64,000 bases of DNA from assembly GCF_009914755.1 (NCBI RefSeq), contig NC_060930.1; one strand, written 5' to 3'. The translations under genes were made by a program, and so were the position numbers. This document shows, in pieces, positions 1-18,949 of the stretch. Within the stretch, counting starts at the first letter, position 1. Each line of letters begins with the position of its first letter. The DNA is from the human T2T-CHM13v2.0 reference genome, Homo sapiens. The notes under the pieces are model-generated. The model was not told where the DNA came from and searched no databases. It was given only the letters and a program-made list of their open reading frames with translations.

Positions 1-205
1 TTTCCTATTAAGCAATGGATTGGTAGATACTTAAAATAAATGATTAAAAATTACTAAAAACAATTCTATCAATGCCTTTTTAATTTGATGGTAAAATGTC
101 AATGAAACAGAAAGGGGTTTTAAACCCAAATGCATTTATTGGGAATTGTTTCAAATATTTAAGAAATAGATTATTACTATGCTATGAAATCTATTCCAAA
201 AGCAG

Positions 206-1347
206 TTTTGAAATCTAGCTGAGTAAACTCCTTTAGGGTCTAAAGCCTGGGAATAATCCTCTATGGTGCTGTTTCTGGCCCTCTGGGACCATATTGTGCC
301 CTCTGGGTTATCCTTCCCCTATTGATAAACAATGGAATGTGTTACCAGAGAATTAGTTCTATCAATCTTTTTTTCACCATTCAAATTTTATGGTCCAATG
401 ACTTTTAAAATTTCCTTCTCACTGATGGTTTTAGTCTGAGATGGCAGTGTTTCTGCTGGTAAAAATTCCAAAGAACTTATTGGGTCACCCATGTATGTCA
501 TAGGTATTCACTCTATCAGACAAGTGGCTTGTCTGTAGATTTTCCTAGATAGTTTCTTCTTCATTTTTAGCTCCCGAGATTGCTAGAATCTCCCTAGTTT
601 TGTTGAGAGAAATGGTGATTCACTCTCTTAATCATTTTAAAGGTTCTATGTGACTAAATACTTCGATCTTTTGATCTTTCTGATGTATTAGCAAGAAGTT
701 GTAAAGCCACACACTCAGATATATCTCTATGCAACATTTTGGAAGCAATCTCATAATTTTACAAGTTATTACCATCTGGTGGGCTAAGAATACCCAAATC
801 ACCTACTCCTGCTTTCTATTTGTTAAACAGGTTTCCCTCAATTTACCTCTTTCTTTTCACATTTTCCTATAAGCAGTGAGAAGAAACGAGATGGTACATT
901 CATCACTTTGCTTATAAATTTCAGATAAACATCAGGGTTCATCCTGTCATTTACAAGTACAGCTCTCTAAACAACTGCAGGATAATACTTTGTTGAGCTT
1001 CCTGTCACAGTGATACAAGGGTTCCCTTTATAACACATGCCTCCCTTCCTGCTGGGCTCTCAGCAGCAACACCTTCAAAGTTCATGTTTCTATTAATCAT
1101 TGGTAGAGATATGATTCCCAATTATTTAGGTATTCTTTAAAGGGGTTTAAGAGTCTATGCCACACTCCTTCACTTCCTTCTGAGCCCTCACTAGCAGAGT
1201 CACTAACATCCATGTGTCTGCTGGTCCATCCAAGATAATTGGGGCTTTTTCTATCATGATCCTCAAATTCTTTCAGTCTGCCCACTGCCCAATTCTAAAG
1301 CCATTTCTCCATTTTCAGAGTTACAATAGCACTCCACTTCTAATATC
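206..1347 (-). mobile_element. MaLR (MLT1-type) internal sequence, degraded
   Basis: Abuts the MLT1 LTR at a junction resembling the MaLR LTR/internal boundary ('actccacttctaatatc|tgtatt'). Family recalled, not searched. Confidence 0.5.
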
Positions 1348-1901
1348 TGTATTATATTTCTAATGCTGTGTAAAAATTATTACAAACATAATTGCTTAAA
1401 ACAACACACATTATCTTACAATTCCATAAGTCAGTTATCTGGATGAGCTCTTATCAGGAGGCTGAGGGAAAAAATCCACTTTCAAGCTCATTCAGGTCAT
1501 TGGCCAAATTCAGCTACTTGCAGCTATAAGACAGAGGCCTCCATTTTCTTTTTCGTGGTCCGCAGAGGGCAGCCTAAACTCCAGCAGACATCCCTCTGAG
1601 CCTTGCCCTATAGTCCCCTAAACATTACAGCTAGCCACATATCAAATTCTTCTCGTTCTTGATGTATCTCTGACTTCTGCTTTTGCTCTCTTTTATCTTC
1701 TCTGATTGCATCTCTCTGTCTCCAGCCAGATAAAGCTGTCTGCTTTTAAGAGGTCATATGATTGCAGTGAGTCTACTCAGTCATATAGATCTGTAACCTT
1801 AATTCTATGTGCAAAATCTCTTTGTCATGTAGTGTAACGTATTAACAGGTTCTAGGGATTAGAGAATGGGCATCTTTGTGGGGTCAATCTGTTTATCATG
1901 C
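1348..1901 (-). mobile_element. MLT1 (E/F-like) MaLR LTR
   Basis: Begins 'tgtattatatttctaatgctgtgtaaaaattattacaaac...gcttaaaacaacac' and ends 'ggttctagggattag...catctttgtgggg', the typical reversed MLT1 termini. Confidence 0.75.
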
Positions 1902-3890
<1,989 letters not shown>

Positions 3891-5220
3891 GGGTGATGAA
3901 ACCATAACTTTCTCAGTTAAATAATAATCAGAATTCGGCTTCCATGTTATTCTTTGTATTGTCATTCATTTTCTTCTTTTTGTCACATTACGCATAATTA
4001 CAATTATTATGACTGGCATTTTAACACCTATTGTGAATTAATACTTATCCTTCACGCATTCCTCCCCTTATAATTTAGAGACAGCCTTCTCCCTCCCCTG
4101 TAACGTAGAGACATAACTTTCCTGTGAAATTGATAAAAGTAACTAATAGCCAAGTATGCTATTTATGAGTCCTCTAGCTGATAAGTTGGCTGGATATGCC
4201 CTTTGGGAAATTCTGTAATTTTCTCTTGTCTCACTCCTCTCCCCTTATGCTTCATGCATATTGACACTTTTAGATTTTCCCTGAATAATTAACTCACCAG
4301 ACCTTCCCTTGTTTGATTACAATAAAATCAAACAACACTCCTCAACTCTTGGGAAGTCAGTGAATTAATTTGCTGTCCATAATTATTATTAGAATATCCT
4401 ATGTTTCATCTGATTATTTTCAATGACCTACAGGTAACATTACTGATTTGAAGAATCCTCTATTTGATAGAAATAAATTGCAATCAAGACATTCTCAGAG
4501 GGAAGGAACAATGAGGTGTTTACTAATAATTTTTTTACTCAAAGCAAATGAGTAATCATGTTATAAACTTCTTAATATGATCCTGTCCTAATAACAGGAA
4601 ACCATTAATGTCAACTGTAATAAATGTTGAGGTCATTGTTTTAACCTGACGTTAAAATGATAGTGAGACATTTTCCTTGCCATGGCTAAGAAAAGAGCAA
4701 TTATTGAAAGGAATGAGTTTGATTTAAATCCTCTGAAGAAAATAATAAACAGGTAAACAGCTAAAAATTATGAGGCTCATTTATTTCCCAGGTGAGCCAA
4801 AGCAATTAGATAGCTCCTTCCTTCAGCTTCCTATAGGGTATAACAAATCTTCCTAATGATTACTTGCTTGGAAAAGCAAGCACATTTTTTCCTTCACATT
4901 CTATTTGAGAAACTCAGTTTGTTTTCTGATTTTTTGGTGAACACTTCAGTCCCATTAAACAAAGTTATTCCTAACTGTGAATACAGAAGACTACCAGCTA
5001 CATTTAATTTTACTTACAGACAGACATTGTTCAGTTAGGAACCATAAAGAAAACAAGTGATGAATAAGGCTGCAGCCAAAACAGACACTAAATACCAGGA
5101 ATACTGACAGCAAATACCCAGGAAGGCTGACAGTCATGAGCAATGTCCTTTGTAGTCCTTGGACAAATTGATTAGGAAGTAAAGTCTTTGTTTCTGTTTT
5201 ATTTTCCCTTGTGTTAATTC

Positions 5221-5222
<2 letters not shown>

Positions 5223-5262
<40 letters not shown>
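5223..5262. repeat. (TG)20 microsatellite
   Basis: Direct reading of the sequence. Confidence 0.98.
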
Positions 5263-5266
<4 letters not shown>

Positions 5267-5401
5267 AAAGAAGAACAAACATGCATAGCAGAGAAATGAA
5301 TATTAATTCCTTTAACAGTCACCAAATATTGTTTTTCTATTTTTTTTTGTCTTTTACTCTTTTTCTGCCTTCTCTGGTTTTAATTGAGCGTTTCACATGA
5401 T

Positions 5402-5473
5402 ACCATTTTCTCTCTTATTTTCACATAACAAGGATACACCATTTTCTCTCTTATTTTCACATAACAAGGATAC
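5402..5473. repeat. Perfect 36-bp tandem duplication
   Basis: accattttctctcttattttcacataacaaggatac occurs twice (5402-5437, 5438-5473). Confidence 0.95.
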
Positions 5474-6383
5474 TTCTTTTTAAATTTTTAAAGTGGTTGC
5501 CCAAAGTTTACAGCATACACTTAGAGCTCACACAAGACCATTCCAAATAACCACATGCTCATTTGTACTGGTATCTAGGATCTAAACACTCTTAGTTTAC
5601 ATAGTTTAACTCTATATATCTCTTTCTCTATCTTTCTATCTGTGTATTACCATGAGTTCATATTAGTGACTCCAACTCCAGTCTGACACCACAGCTTATT
5701 ATAATCTCCCCCAACTTTTTTAATGTTTACATTTTTAACCGTTTCACAACAGTGAAAAGCATAGCTCCCTTTATTTACTACATAGTTACTTGTTTACCCG
5801 GAATAATATACTTCAGTTGATTTCATAATTGCTAACCCCTACCATTGTGGAAAAAAAAAAACCTACTAAGAAAGTCTAATAATCAGGCATAGTTCTTTGT
5901 TTTTAACCTGACAGTGGGTAGTCAAAATGCTAGGTTCAAGAGACGTTTTAGTCTTTTCCCCATTTAGTGCGGTTACGCCATTTATTTCATTCACGGTTAT
6001 TTGTTTGGTTGTTTGTCTTAGATTGCATTGAACTTTGGGTTATTTCCCTATCCTTTTTTATCTTATTTATAGATTTTGTGTATGTTAAATGGTATCATGG
6101 TTCTAAAAGTCATATTTATAAAATATACCTACAGAAGTGTGGTTCTCACTCCATCTCTTCTAGGTATTGCCATTCCCCATTCTTTTACTCTATGTATGTC
6201 CCTGTAATTAACTAAACTTGTTGCTTTCTGTTTTTTTCTTCTTATAGTTATTTTTGTACAAATAAGCCTTTTTTATATATATTTTATTTTCCTTTTTTTA
6301 CACAAAAAGTGACATCTTTTGCATCTTTTGGATAACCTTTGGCACTTTGCTTTTTTCACCTAATGATCTATTATGGATATTAA

Positions 6384-6727
<344 letters not shown>

Positions 6728-6767
6728 CTGCTAGGTTTTTTATAAATTTCACAATGTGTCTATGTTT

Positions 6768-6879
6768 ATTCAATCATTCTCCTACATATGGATATTTATT
6801 TAATACATGTTGCGGCATTGTTTGTATTGCCTAATATTGGAAGCAAAATAAATATCCATATGTAGGAGAATGATTGAAT
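6768..6879. repeat. Perfect 34-bp inverted repeat with a 44-nt spacer
   Basis: 6768-6801 attcaatcattctcctacatatggatatttattt is the exact reverse complement of 6846-6879. Confidence 0.95.
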
Positions 6880-7932
6880 GTTTATCTCCAGGGTAAATCC
6901 CTAGACATGAGTTTGGTCAAAGAGTAGAAGCATATGTAGTTATATTAGATATTGCAAAATCCCATTCCAAAGTGGTTATTCCACAATCAACCTTTCAGAG
7001 TGCGTGTTTCCCCAAAATTTCTCCAACTGTGTTGTCATACTTTTAAATTTTCACCAATTTAGTAAGTGAGAAGTGGTATCTTAATATATTTTAGTAAGCA
7101 TTTTCCTGGTTATGAATGAAGCTTAATATCTTTTCATGGGTTTAAGAACCATTTTAATATCTTTTCTGTGAATTTTTTACTCCCATGCTTAGCCCATTTT
7201 TTATAAGGTTTTTCGTCCATACTCCCTCATTTTAAAAAACAATTCTGTCCATATTTGGGATATTAGTTATATAGAGAGAGGGTAGGATGTAGGCATTTGC
7301 TCCTAGATTTTTATTTTTCTTTGATTTTCTTTATCTTCTTTATTGTCACACCAAAGTTTTTCTTCTGTGTAACCAAATTCATCAGTCTTTAATGTATGTG
7401 AATTTTGAGACATAATGAGAAAATTCCATAATTCCAGGTTATAAAGGAATTCACCCACTTTTCTCCTAAGATTTGTGTGGCTTATTTATTTCTTTATTTA
7501 TTACATTTAGATCCCTGGTCAGTTGGAAAATCATTATAAGTTTTGTAATGAGTTTCTAATTTTTAATTTTTATAAATAGCTAATCAGTTGTCAGAGCAAT
7601 ATTTATTAAATAATACATCTTTGTCAAATTGGTTTTAGATGCTCACTTTATTATTTATAGTAAATAACTTTTTATACTTGCGTCTATTTTCAGAGATTCA
7701 GTTCTTCTTTAAAGCCTCTTATCAATTGATGGACCAATACTAAACTGTTTTAATTATGAGGCTTTCTACTGTTTTGATGTGTGATGTGGTAGGCCTACTT
7801 TGACATAGCTTTTAAAAACTTTCTTAAGTATTTTTGCATGTTTTGATTTTCTAGATGAATTTTTGCATTGACTTAATCTCGTTCAGTATAGTAAGTCTGT
7901 TGTTCTCAAGTTATGGTTGAGTTAAATGTTTA

Positions 7933-8107
7933 TTTATTTATTTTATCTTTTTTATTATTATTATACTTTAAGTTCTAGGGTACATGTGCACAATGTGCAG
8001 GTTAGTTACATATGTATACATGTGCCATGCTGGTGTGCTGCACCCATTAACTCGTCATTTAGCATTAGGTATATCTCCTACAGCTATCCCTCCCTGCTCC
8101 CCCCACC
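7933..8107 (-). mobile_element. 5'-truncated young L1PA (PA3-5-like) 3' end
   Basis: 'tatactttaagttctagggtacatgtgcacaatgtgcaggttagttacatatg'. TSD taaatgttta at 7923-7932 and 8108-8117. Confidence 0.92.
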
Positions 8108-8432
8108 TAAATGTTTAAATTAACCACAGGGAATAACATTTTAAGATGCGAAGTCAGTCTATTAAAAAGGGGAGTGACTATCCTCCTATAAACCTAATTC
8201 TAGTTTTGTCTGATTTAGGATTGTTTTAAAGTTTTCCTCTTGTAGGGTTTGCATGTTTCCATAAAAAGTTTATTCTTAAGTATTTTAAGAATTGTTTTTA
8301 TTGCAAATGGGGGTTAACTCCCCATTTATATCTTGTAATTATTACAATATATGTTAAATAATTACAGTAGAAGCTTTTAAATATCACAATGGTAACAAGC
8401 AGCTATAAAGGTAACAAGCAGCTATAAAGAAA

Positions 8433-10707
8433 CAAGAACATCTTGTTTTACTGCACTCTGCTTTAGAGCACTTTGCAGGTATTGTGCATTTTACAAATTG
8501 AAGGTTTGTGGCAACCTTGCATCCATCGAGTTCATTGGCACCATTTTTCCAACAGCATTTACTCACTTCATGCTATATTTTGCTATTTCTTGCAGCATTT
8601 CAAACTTTTTCAATATTATTACATCTGTTATGGTGATCTGTGATCAGCAATATTTAATGTTCCTATTTTAATTGTTTTGGGGTATCATAAGTCACGTCCA
8701 AGTAAGATAGTTATGAGTGTTCTGATTGCTCCACTATCCAGCTGTTTTCCCACCTTCCTCCCTTTTTTCAGGCCTTTCTATTCTCTGAGACTTAAGATTA
8801 TTGAGATTAGGCCAATTAATAACCCTCCAGTGGCCTCTAAACTTTCAAGTGAAAGGAAGAATTGCATGTCTCTCACTTTAAATAAAAAACTAGAAATAGT
8901 CAAGCTTAGTGAGGAAGGCATGTTGAAAAGCTGAGATAGGCCCAAAGCTAAGCCTCTTGCACTAGTTAGACAAGTTGTGAATGCAAGAAAAAGTTCTTGC
9001 AGGAAATTAAATATAGTACTCCATCAAGCACACAAATGATAAGAAAGTAAAACAACCTTTTTGCTGATATGGAGAAAGTTTGAGTGGTCTGGATAGAAGA
9101 TCAACCCAGCCACAACATTCCCTTAGGCCAAAATGTAATCTAGGGCAAGGCCCTAACACATTTCAACTCCATGAAGGCGGAAAGAGGTGAGGAAGCTGCA
9201 GAATAAAAGTTTGAAGCTAGTAGAGGTTGGTTCATAAAAGAAGCTCTCTCCATAACATACAAGTGCAAGGCGAAGTAGCAAGTGATTGTGTAGAAGCCGC
9301 AACAAGTTATCCAGATCTAGGTAAGATAATTGATAAAGGTACACTAAACAACAGATTTTCAAACTAGATGGAATAACTTTCTATTGGAAGAAGATGACAT
9401 CCTGACTTTTACAGCCAGAAAAAAAATGGCAGTGCCTGATTTTAAAGCTTTATAGGGTAGACTGGCTTTTTAATTACATACTAATGCAGTTGGTGACTTT
9501 TAAGATGAAGCAAATGCTCATTTACTATTTTGCAAATCCTAGAGCCTAGAAGAATTGTTCTAAATCTACTATGCCTGTGCTTTATAAATTGAACAACAAA
9601 GTCTCGATGACTACACATCTGTTCACAGCATGGCTTACTGAATATTTTAGGTCCACTGTTGAGACTCACTACTGAGAAAAAAAGGATTCCTTTCAAAATA
9701 TTAGTGTTCATTGACAATGTGCCTAGTCACCCAAGAGCTCTGATGGAGATGCACAAGGAGATTAATGTTGTTTTCATGCCTGGTAACACAACATCCATTC
9801 TGTGGCTCATAAATCAAGGAGTAATTTTAACTTTCAAGTCTTATTATTGATAAAATATATTTTGTCAAGCTATAGTTGCCATAGATAGTGGTTCTCATAA
9901 TGGATCTGGGCAAAGTAAATTGAAAACCTTATGAAAGAATTCACCATTCTAGATGCTATTAAAAACTTTCATGGTTCATGGAAGGCAGTCAAAATATCGC
10001 CATTAACAGGAGTTTCAATGAATTGATTCCAAACTTCATGGTTGACTTTGAAGAGTTCAAAACTTAAGTGGAGGAAATAATTGAAAATGTGTTGTAAATA
10101 GCAAGAAAACTAGAATTAGAAGTGAAGCCTGAAGATGTGACTGATTGGCTGCTATCTCATGATCAAACTTGAATGGATAAAGAGTTGCTTCTTATGGATG
10201 AGCAAAAAAGGGTTTCTTGAGATAAAACTTACTTCTGGTGAAGAAACTGTGAACATTGGTGAAATGACAACAAAAGATTTAGACTATTACATAAACTTAG
10301 TTCATCAAGTGATAACACAGTTTGGAAGAATTGACTCCAGTTTTGAAAGAAGCTCTACTGTGAATAAAATACTATTGAACAACATCACATGCTACAGAGA
10401 AATTTTTCATGAAAGAAAGAATCCATTTATGTGGTAAACTTTGCTGTTGTCTTATTTTAGATAAATTGCTACAGCTTATCCCAGCCTTCAGCAACCACCA
10501 CTGTGATCAGTAAGCAACAATCAACATCTAAGAAAGACCCTCCATCAACAGGAAGATTATGACTCATTGAAGTCTCTCATGATTATTTGTATTGCTTAGC
10601 AATAAGATACTCTGAAATTAAGTATGTACTTTTTTTAATCATAATGCTATTGCAAACTCAATACACTGCAGTAGAATGTAAACATAACTTTTATATGCGC
10701 TAGGAAA
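8433..10707 (+). mobile_element. Tigger1 DNA transposon (TcMar-Tigger), right terminus missing
   Basis: Left end matches the recalled Tigger1 start ('ttttacaaattgaaggtttgtggcaacc'). Transposase fragments lie inside. Confidence 0.93.
8830..10437 (+). pseudogene. Disrupted Tigger1 (TIGD1-like) transposase
   Basis: ORF pieces 'SERKNCMSLTLNKKLEIVKLSEEGM' (HTH), '[14 protein letters not shown]...[25 protein letters not shown]' (DDE domain) and 'DLDYYINLV..FGRIDSSFERSS'. Multiple stops and frameshifts. Confidence 0.88.
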
Positions 10708-12572
<1,865 letters not shown>

Positions 12573-12589
12573 AGTGAAAGCCTAGAGTG

Positions 12590-14815
<2,226 letters not shown>

Positions 14816-14819
14816 AGTT

Positions 14820-15430
14820 TGAGTTTTGAGGTTCACTCCTATTGTTCATTATTATTTCATCTTTTTTATTGTCCAGTAGCATTTAATTTTATAACTCTAT
14901 TAAAGTTTCTATTGTAATGTTAATGATCATTTCTATTACTTTCGGTTATTTCTTTATCTCTCTTGATATATATATATATATTTTTTGCTAGATATGTATT
15001 TTATGAATATTTTTCCCATTCAGTGTCTTAGTCAATTATTTTCTTAACAATGTATTTTGATGAACATAATTTTCTTGGTGAATTATAACATACCGATTTT
15101 TACTTTAATATTTTTTCATCTTTGCTAAGAAATCTTTGCCTACTTGAAGGTTTCTGAGATATTCTCCTGTATTTTCTTCTGGAAGCTTCATAATTTTATG
15201 AAAATTTATAGAAATATTTGTCTCGAAATATTTACATTGATTAGAATTGATAAGAGTAGAAATACTTGCATTTGTTCTAAACCTAGACAGTGTTTAATAC
15301 TTTAGCACTGTATGATATTAAGTTTTTAAAGGATTTTTTTTCAGAAGAGGAAGTTGCCTTCTGGTCTTACTGTGCTAAGGGTTTTAAAAAAATAATTATG
15401 GAGTATAGAATTTTGTCACATCATTTTTGT
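14820..15430 (-). mobile_element. Ancient L1M fragment
   Basis: T-rich antisense L1 motifs, e.g. 'aagaaatctttgcc...gagatattctcctgtattttcttct'. Confidence 0.6.
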
Positions 15431-15741
15431 TCAACTATTATAATATACATATACATAGAGAAAAAATAATGAATAGTGAGATAAGGGGAAAATAAAGATA
15501 AATACATCTTATTTTATGGGGTCAACGTATTTATTTACTTAAGTTCTAATTAAAAAATACCTTTTGGAAGGAGAGGATATTTGGATGATGACCATTTAAC
15601 TAAGTAGTACTCAAAATTTCATTGTTTTTATTGTGTTTGCCATTTATCATGATACTGGGAACACTGATAGACATGATGAACACAAAAGTAATACCTTGCT
15701 ACCTCACAAAAAGGAAATATGACAATGGTTCATTGAAAAGC

Positions 15742-16225
15742 ATGGTGGAGATAGTTTATCTGCAGCTGGACTAGAACAGCTTCATCTCTAGTTGGGGGAT
15801 GCCTAAATGTCTGGCTTTTGACTCTTGGCCAAGATAAGGACAATGGAATCTATAATATGCTCATTCAAGTCCAGTTACCTTGGTGACTTCAGGGTTAGGT
15901 CTTTTCTTAAGCCTTGCATCTGACCTAAGGACTTTGACAAGCCTAGCTCAATCACATGATCAAGTAGATTTATAAGGACCCCCCCTACTGGCAGCTTCTT
16001 TGAGCTCCCTGAAGCAGATTCCTCCCACAGACCTTGGTAGTTAAAGCCAGAGACTGAATACAGCCCATGTGTGTCACTGGGCCCATGGGGAGCGTGTGCT
16101 GTGAGGTGTCTCTTGGATTATCGATGCTTGCCTGAATTCTCCGCCTGCTGTACCAATTTTTTGCCTTTAAATAAAAGCCTTATGTGACTACACTCTGTGG
16201 GGTATGGTGAGTCATTTCAAATATA
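15742..16225 (+). mobile_element. Probable old ERVL-class solo LTR
   Basis: ~480-bp GC-elevated island with 'tttataag' and AATAAA (16170) in LTR-like order. Family not identified. Confidence 0.45.
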
Positions 16226-17594
16226 CACGCTTAGGAAAACATATATAATTGTCTACACAGCAGGTGTCAGTAAAATATTCATACTGTCAGTGCACATGTA
16301 CATACTGAATTGGTGTATTTCAATTTCTACAAGTTAAGTTACTGGGATTTTTTTACTATATAGTGGAAGAATATTTCTTTGAAGGAATAGTCTTTTTCAG
16401 GATTTGTTAAATTAACAGGCTAATCAAAAGAATGAATTGTCAGTTTAAAATGAGTATACCATTAGAAAGAACACAAGAAGAATGATAGCATCTGCGAGTC
16501 AAATTATATTCCATTTGCTCAAAATCAAAAATTATTAGTAAAATAAAAAAGTGACACTATGTTGGCCCCAAATAGGTTAATTGGTTTCAGCAAAATGAGA
16601 ACACACATCATATTGCATCAATGTCAATGTTAATATTATTGCTTTAAAATATTTGTTTTTATGCAATTCATAAATATATTTTGGAGTCAGAGTTGTGGGA
16701 GTGCTTTACATTTAAGAACTTTCTACAATATGAATGCACTTTATGGAGGTGTACACTTAAATAGCATTCTGATAATAACTTCAATTTTATCATTAAAACC
16801 AGAAAAATAATATTTTTACTAAAATACTTATTTACATTATTCAAGTTTGAGAAAGTGCTTTAGAATGTTTGCTCATACATCACTAGAATTTTTTTCTATT
16901 ATATTTACAAAGAGACCAAGATCTAGCTCTCTCCCACTGCAAATGTATGCATTTTAACACTTGGGGTCATCTAAAGAAAGAAGCCAATTGTGTGTTCTGA
17001 CATTCTACAATTTTTCAGAAAATCATGATGTGGAGTTGTTTCTAACATATAGGATAATGACAATAGGTTCAGGCAAAGAAGGGTTTAAACTAGCTCTCCT
17101 GCTGGGGCACATTGTACAAAATATACTGTAATCTACATAAAATTAGGTCAAGATACATTTCTTTGAAATGAAATTGAAAGAGTTTATTCCTCTCTCCTCT
17201 GAGGTCTCTCAACTTCGTTGCACAAATGAAAATTATCAAGTAACTACAAAGAGCTTAGCCTTTGCAATTTTATTCTAAAACTCTAATATGTCAGTAGAAA
17301 TGGTCTTGGATTACAAAGAATAAGTTTCTATTAATTTCTGGGAAAAATTAATTTGGTGTGCTTTACTAAATCATCATTACTTTCTAAACTAGGTGACTTT
17401 TTGTATTTGCATTGGACTTTTAGTATTGTAGAAAAAGAGATGCAATATTATAATTTTTATGGTGATATTTCAAAGCAGGACCCTTTTGTATTAATCCCAC
17501 ATGTAAATCATTAAAAAAAAACACTACATGCAAATTTATGTATTGGTTTTCATTATAAGGCAAGGAAGAATGAAAAATATCAGTGTCTGGAGAA

Positions 17595-18170
17595 CCTTCT
17601 GCTTCTGGGAAGATGATGTAAATGTACTTTTACCTGTTCCTCTTACCATGTACAACTACAACCCTGGAGAATGAAATACATAAAATTCTATGAATTCTAT
17701 TATTATATGAAATAAACATGAAATGTCTTTGAATAATGAAGAAAAGAAAGACCAGCTAGGAATCTTGAGGCACAAGAAGTGTGGTGGTGAGATTGGGGTT
17801 TTCTTTCCATGTAACCCAGACTTGAGACGAAAAAGCCAGCAACTCATTAACACCAATGGGCACAGATTTTAAAAAGCCCCAATAAAAGTATATTCTCTCT
17901 AACAAAAGAATTAGGAAAAGGTAGCCTAGAAAAAATAGTTTTTGACAATAGTCACGATACTCCAGCTGAATAACATAGAAAATACTGGCTCCTCAGCTAC
18001 CTTCACCAGCAAAAGCCTAAACTTATACCCAGTACAGAATGTAAGGAGGCTCCAGACGACCTGCAGGAGTGATGTCAGAGAAGGCCAGGTGGGGAGCCAG
18101 GACTTTTATCCCTACTGGGTGTTAATGAGTCCCATTCTGTGGTATCAGGGGAGACCCGGTAGATAAAAAC
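17595..18170 (+). mobile_element. L1M (L1MD/M4-type) 5' end
   Basis: 'ttctgcttctgggaagatg..gtacttttt..gtacaactacaaccctgga' resembles recalled L1M 5' UTRs. Confidence 0.55.
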
Positions 18171-18204
18171 CAGCTTTGTATTCCGGAAGGAACCTCACAT
18201 ATTA

Positions 18205-18414
18205 TGTTCTACGTTTGTCTCTGTATCTTCACATGCCCATCTTCGTATAGAAACGCCAGTCACGGTGAGCTAATGGTCCATCTTACTCTGGTGGAACCTC
18301 ATCTTAATCAAACTAATTTTATTTACAAAAACCCTATTTCCAATAAGTTCCCACTATAAGATAGTGGGGATCAGGACTTCAACATCTTTTTAGGAGAACA
18401 ATCTTCAACCCATG
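18205..18414 (-). mobile_element. MLT1 (A-D-like) LTR fragment
   Basis: 'acctcatcttaa...aaccctatttccaataag...ggacttcaacatctttt...ttcaaccc'. Confidence 0.7.
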
Positions 18415-18624
18415 AAACAAGAGAACTCTTCACTCACTTACCAACTCTTTTCCACAAGCCTCAACCAATCAAGAGAAAATTTTAGGAAAGAAAAGAAAAC
18501 TTAATGGAAACTTAATATTATTAAATGACTTTGAATAAACACAAGGTAGGAATCAGCTTGTGCTAGCAGGCAGGCAGAAAATCCACCTATGCCCAAGACC
18601 CTCCTTGGATATGAAATTTTGTAG

Positions 18625-18921
<297 letters not shown>

Positions 18922-18949
18922 GAAATGTAGAAGACAGAAAACAGTATTA

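Noticed and set aside
4991-5325. ORFs with THTHTH tracts
   Set aside because: Translations of the (TG)n microsatellite.
8677-10437. TIGD1 gene
   Set aside because: Fragmented by stops and frameshifts; an ordinary decayed Tigger1 copy.
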